Below are positions 16,560-20,000 of a stretch of 20,000 nt of DNA, one piece after another. Made by a program: the position numbers and the translations under genes. The stretch is from IMG/VR virus record IMGVR_UViG_3300033075_001055; one strand, 5' to 3'. Below the pieces are notes generated by a model. The model was not told where the DNA came from and did not search any database. It worked only from the letters and a program-made list of their open reading frames with translations. Source of the stretch: an uncultured virus (IMG/VR IMGVR_UViG_3300033075_001055). Taxonomy: Duplodnaviria; Heunggongvirae; Uroviricota; Caudoviricetes. Every line of letters starts with the position of its first letter. Within the stretch, counting starts at the first letter, position 1.

Positions 16560-16576
16560 AGCAAGCGCCGTGCCAA
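16560..16576 (-). promoter_or_regulatory. Sigma-54 -24/-12 motif 7
   Basis: TTGGCACGGCGCTTGCT; exact match to YTGGCACGRNNNTTGCW. Confidence 0.8.
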
Positions 16577-16588
16577 CCTGATATGCTA

Positions 16589-16608
16589 CAGCGGAGTCGA
16601 GGCCGCTG
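16589..16608 (+). promoter_or_regulatory. Hairpin over the terS ribosome-binding site
   Basis: CAGCGG-AGTCGAGG-CCGCTG ending 3 nt before ATG 16612. Confidence 0.5.
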
Positions 16609-16611
16609 CAC

Positions 16612-17310
16612 ATGCCAGATACTAGAGCCATCCGCCTTCTGATTGCAGAAGGACACAGCCCACAGTACATCGCCGAACAAACAGGCGCAGACGTTACCGC
16701 GGTACAGCAAGCCATCGCGGACGAGGCGCCAGACCTGCGCACAATCAAGCGCGACCGCATCGCCCAACTTACGGCGCTGATGCGGACGGCAGACGAGCCC
16801 AAACAACGAATGTCTGCCCTGCGTCTGCTGTGCAAAATCGACGGCAGTATGAATCCGTCAGAGCCCACGCTTTACGACGAAATCTGGGCGATGATCGCGC
16901 GCATTGACGATTGGGAATTGCCGCCAGATGTCAAGCCGCCCCGGGTTGCGCAAAACGAGGGCGAGCGCATTCGATGGCGTGCGACGCTTCAGAAACTAAA
17001 GCGATTGCTGACCCGCGCAGATGACCACATCGCCGCGTTCGAACGCATCAAACAGCCTGCCGGCGGGGTCATCGATGCGAACACGACGACGGAGGAAAAG
17101 ATCGGGCGCATGTCCGCAATTCAGCTTTACGCACAGGAAGTCGGCGCACTCGCGCTCCGGGTCGCATCCACGAACCCGACGGCATCCCCTGCCCAGCGAG
17201 CAGACAGCATCGGGAAACTTGTGCAGACGTTGGGCGGCAACCACAACAATGCAGAGGCTTCCGAGTGGGGCGAAAAGGTGCTTGACAACATGGGCGGCAA
17301 AAGCACATGA
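16612..17310 (+). CDS. terS: Putative terminase small subunit (N-terminal HTH)
   Basis: 232 aa; HTH AIRLLIAEGHSPQYIAEQTGADVTAVQQAI; helical remainder; ATGA-coupled to terL. Confidence 0.6.
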   Translation: MPDTRAIRLLIAEGHSPQYIAEQTGADVTAVQQAIADEAPDLRTIKRDRIAQLTALMRTADEPKQRMSALRLLCKIDGSMNPSEPTLYDEIWAMIARIDDWELPPDVKPPRVAQNEGERIRWRATLQKLKRLLTRADDHIAAFERIKQPAGGVIDANTTTEEKIGRMSAIQLYAQEVGALALRVASTNPTASPAQRADSIGKLVQTLGGNHNNAEASEWGEKVLDNMGGKST

Positions 17311-19205
17311 GCCGTGCCCACCTTCGCACCCTGAAAACGATCGCGCATCTGTACGATCCGCGACAGCGCTACTTGCATATGCGGCTGGAGTTGCGAACCA
17401 CGGCGGGGCGCAGACTGCTATCCGGCGGCGGCGTCTGGGACAAGTTGGAACGGCGCTGGGTCACGCCGCTGCACATGACCGTTTTGCAGGAGGGCGAACT
17501 TGCGACGGCTGACGAATCGAAAATCGGGCGGGCGCATATCCTGACCGTCGAGGATTCGCAGATTGAATACGTGCTGAATTTCGGGCAATGGCTGTATGCG
17601 TTTCTTCATGACCTGCCCCGCCCCGCCTTCGTCGATGTCCTCGCCGGCAAACGTCGCGGCGGCAAGACCTGGGTGATGGTCGCGTGCATTGTCCTTGCCG
17701 CGGTTGCGGTCCCGCAGCGTGTCCAGAAAGATGGAAACGTTCTGGGGTTCGTCTGTTGGCTGGTCGTGCCTGGCTACCCGGAACAGCGTGAGATCCATGA
17801 AGACGTGATGGCGGTTCTTGCCACGCGGCGCGACTTGGCCAGCCGTGAGACTGCGGACGTGTTGAGTAAATTGCCCGGCAGTTGGCGCAGCGAGACCGAT
17901 TCTTGGTGGATGTATCGCCCGACGCCGCGCAATTGCTACCAATTTGCGCATGGGTCCGAACTCTACCTAAAGAGCGCGAACCGGGCGGAGTCGCTGAAAC
18001 AAGGGCGCGTGGACCTAGTCGGCATCAACGAAGCGCAAAAGGTCGACGGCGAGGCAGCGATCCACAGCGCCGGCAACACGCTGGATACGGGCGGTCTCAC
18101 GATCCTCGCGTGTAACCCTCCGCGGCGGTCCCGGGGCGCGTGGGTGCTGGAAATCAAGTTCGCAGTCGATGAAAAGCGCGTCACTGACCCCGCGGATGGT
18201 AAGCCTGTGGTCCGCTGGTTTACGGTCGACCCCGAGAAAAACGCGCGCATCAACCAAGCGAGCCGAGGCAAGTACCGAATCTTTGCCGGGACCATCAATC
18301 CGAAACTTGCCAACGCGGACGCAGACGCGGAGTGGAACCAGTTGCAAGACGTGGTGTTCTACAAGTTCGGGCAGGACAACGTGATTCCGTCCGTGCCTCC
18401 GACCTGGAAACCATGCACGGGCGAGGTCATCGCCGCGATGCGACTGCGTGACAACATCCGCCACCCGACGACGTACACCAGTTTCGGCGGCATGGACTTT
18501 AACAAGTCGCCTTGGTATGCCGTGCTCGGGCTCAAAGCGTATCGTGTCCCAGAGCGCGCCGATCAGCTCGTCTACGTCGTCGACCGCGAATACCGCAATG
18601 ACCCGGACGGCGAACAGGGCAGGACAGAACGCGAGGTCATAGTCGAGTTGTGGCGCAAGGGCTGGGATCCACTGGAGGTCGTCATCATCGCCGACCCGTC
18701 TGGACAATGGCAGAACAGCGAGAGCCGGCAGCGGGGCGGCGTCTCAGCCGGTCACAGTTCGTTTGACCTGTTCCGGTCCGAAACGATTGCAGAGCAGGAC
18801 GGCGAAACGGCGACCATCCCGGCATGGGATATGCATGCTCCGACGACTTGGAAAGCGAAAGACTCCAAGCACTACGCGCATCCCCGCAAGGTCGAGACCA
18901 TTGACGAGATCAACGAACTCTTCCGCACCGCGCGTCTGTACGTCCTGGCCGACTGCAAGCACCTAATCGAAGCCTGCAAGAAAGCGCCCGGGGACCCACA
19001 TGAACGCGGAGTCACAAAAAACCTGCGCGACCTGTGGCACATCATCGACGCTCTGCGCTATCCTATTCACCGCGCACAATCGGCAATGGAGCCGAAACAC
19101 AAACCGAGGCGAGATGGACCAACTACAAAAGCACCGACGACAAGCCAGAAACGAGGACCGCTTGGGGGGCAGAGACTTGGCGGGGCGCGACGATTTGCCG
19201 GGTGA
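17307..19205 (+). CDS. terL: Terminase large subunit
   Basis: 632 aa; Walker A VLAGKRRGGKT, Walker B VDLVGINEAQ, coupling motif LACNP, nuclease FGGMDFN and C-terminal HIIDALRY. Confidence 0.92.
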   Translation: MSRAHLRTLKTIAHLYDPRQRYLHMRLELRTTAGRRLLSGGGVWDKLERRWVTPLHMTVLQEGELATADESKIGRAHILTVEDSQIEYVLNFGQWLYAFLHDLPRPAFVDVLAGKRRGGKTWVMVACIVLAAVAVPQRVQKDGNVLGFVCWLVVPGYPEQREIHEDVMAVLATRRDLASRETADVLSKLPGSWRSETDSWWMYRPTPRNCYQFAHGSELYLKSANRAESLKQGRVDLVGINEAQKVDGEAAIHSAGNTLDTGGLTILACNPPRRSRGAWVLEIKFAVDEKRVTDPADGKPVVRWFTVDPEKNARINQASRGKYRIFAGTINPKLANADADAEWNQLQDVVFYKFGQDNVIPSVPPTWKPCTGEVIAAMRLRDNIRHPTTYTSFGGMDFNKSPWYAVLGLKAYRVPERADQLVYVVDREYRNDPDGEQGRTEREVIVELWRKGWDPLEVVIIADPSGQWQNSESRQRGGVSAGHSSFDLFRSETIAEQDGETATIPAWDMHAPTTWKAKDSKHYAHPRKVETIDEINELFRTARLYVLADCKHLIEACKKAPGDPHERGVTKNLRDLWHIIDALRYPIHRAQSAMEPKHKPRRDGPTTKAPTTSQKRGPLGGQRLGGARRFAG

Positions 19206-19923
19206 AGAGCTGGACCGCGACGATCCCAGCCTGCCTGATATCATGCTGAGCGAGTTCACGCGAACGGCGGCGGCTTTCGGGCCAGACACCGCCGCGAAGT
19301 ATGCCGCGGCTGAACTTCTATCTAAACTCACAGGTCGCGAACGCCGTCTTATCGAGCTGCGCTATGGATTTAACGATGACGGTAATGGGCTTACGCAACG
19401 TGATGTGGGGCGCCACTTTGGAATTTCCGCCGGTCGGGCCCAGCAGATCGAGCACAAGGCGCTTCAGCGAATCCATCGCCATTTCCGGGATTGTCCGTGC
19501 CACGACGACAGATCGATACACCGACCGTCGCCCATGCGGACAAGGGCATTAGAGGGAATCGCCGCCAGCAAAGCAGCACGACAAGAGGCCGAGCAGGTCA
19601 TTATCCGCGCCGAATGGGCGGCCAAGCACGCGGCTGAAATCAAACGTCAGACCACAGATAGACATCTCCAACTCGTTGACCGCGTAACGACTAGCCTCAA
19701 GTTCCATGTCTTGCGCCTAGCTAAGGACGCAGCCAAGACCGGAGCGGTCCCGAGCAATGACAATATCGCAGCGTGGGCGCAGGCAATTTTGTCCAGCATG
19801 GCGCCGACGGCGAAGGTCCCTCTGTTCGTCGCCCGCACAGAGGACGACGGCGCGACCTCACTATGCGGATTGGATGCGATGATCGACGACATATGCAGAA
19901 ATCACAGGCTGGAATGGTGGTAA
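19114..19923 (+). CDS. Stand-alone sigma-70 region-4 (HTH) protein with unknown C-terminal domain; start uncertain (19114, 19195 or 19243)
   Basis: LSKLTGRERRLIELRYGFNDDGNGLTQRDVGRHFGISAGRAQQIEHKALQRI aligns with RpoD-type region 4; no region 2 is recognisable. Confidence 0.8.
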   Translation: MDQLQKHRRQARNEDRLGGRDLAGRDDLPGEELDRDDPSLPDIMLSEFTRTAAAFGPDTAAKYAAAELLSKLTGRERRLIELRYGFNDDGNGLTQRDVGRHFGISAGRAQQIEHKALQRIHRHFRDCPCHDDRSIHRPSPMRTRALEGIAASKAARQEAEQVIIRAEWAAKHAAEIKRQTTDRHLQLVDRVTTSLKFHVLRLAKDAAKTGAVPSNDNIAAWAQAILSSMAPTAKVPLFVARTEDDGATSLCGLDAMIDDICRNHRLEWW

Positions 19924-19944
19924 ATGCAACCCGAATAAACCCAA

Positions 19945-19967
19945 GCCCTGGGGCCCCTGCCCAGGGC
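19945..19967 (+). terminator. Hairpin downstream of the sigma region-4 gene
   Basis: GCCCTGGG-N7-CCCAGGGC, 8-bp perfect stem; no U-tract. Confidence 0.3.
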
Positions 19968-20000
19968 GCCACTGGTTCGGCCATTCCACAAAAAGAAGTG

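Larger units (their letters stand above)
1..20000. mobile_element. Phage/prophage virion-morphogenesis module (myovirus, Mu-like head and tail genes)
   Basis: Contiguous terminase, DUF935-type portal, Mu gpI-like protease, capsid, gp36-like adaptor, sheath, tube, TAC, TMP, gpN-like and gpP-like genes with many TAATG/ATGA overlaps. No host genes, integrase or transposase are visible, so prophage vs free phage cannot be decided. Confidence 0.95.

Noticed and set aside
16256..16576. CRISPR-like or iteron array interpretation of the repeated motifs
   Set aside because: The repeats are short, degenerate, in mixed orientation and irregularly spaced; no cas or rep gene is nearby.
16296..16625. 109-aa plus-strand ORF with CLTC-x12-CKLC, resembling a zinc finger
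   Set aside because: No RBS; several Cys codons derive from the TGCAAG/TGTGCC reverse complements of the sigma-54 boxes. Better explained as regulatory DNA, though a homology search would be needed to exclude it.
19000..19113. ORF-track start at 19000 with CATC motif for the sigma region-4 gene
   Set aside because: It overlaps the conserved HIIDALRY region of terL; a later start is more plausible.

Overview
The whole window is the virion-morphogenesis module of a contractile-tailed phage or prophage with Mu-like structural genes. All assignments come from recalled family motifs and gene order; no database search was run. A tightly coupled minus-strand operon runs portal, fibre-like protein, protease/scaffold, decoration protein, major capsid protein, SHOCT protein, adaptor, neck proteins, sheath, tube, tail chaperone (with a -1 frameshift), tape measure, gpN-like protein and baseplate hub (truncated at the window edge). 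The terminase small and large genes and a stand-alone sigma-70 region-4 protein are transcribed divergently on the plus strand. The most striking signal is in the ~440 bp divergent spacer (16171-16611): 6-7 correctly spaced sigma-54 (-24/-12) motifs on both strands, arranged face-to-face and back-to-back. Two unrelated intergenic hairpins share an identical G-AGUCGAGG-C loop. Several structural proteins carry extra fibre-like, tailspike-like or duplicated domains.
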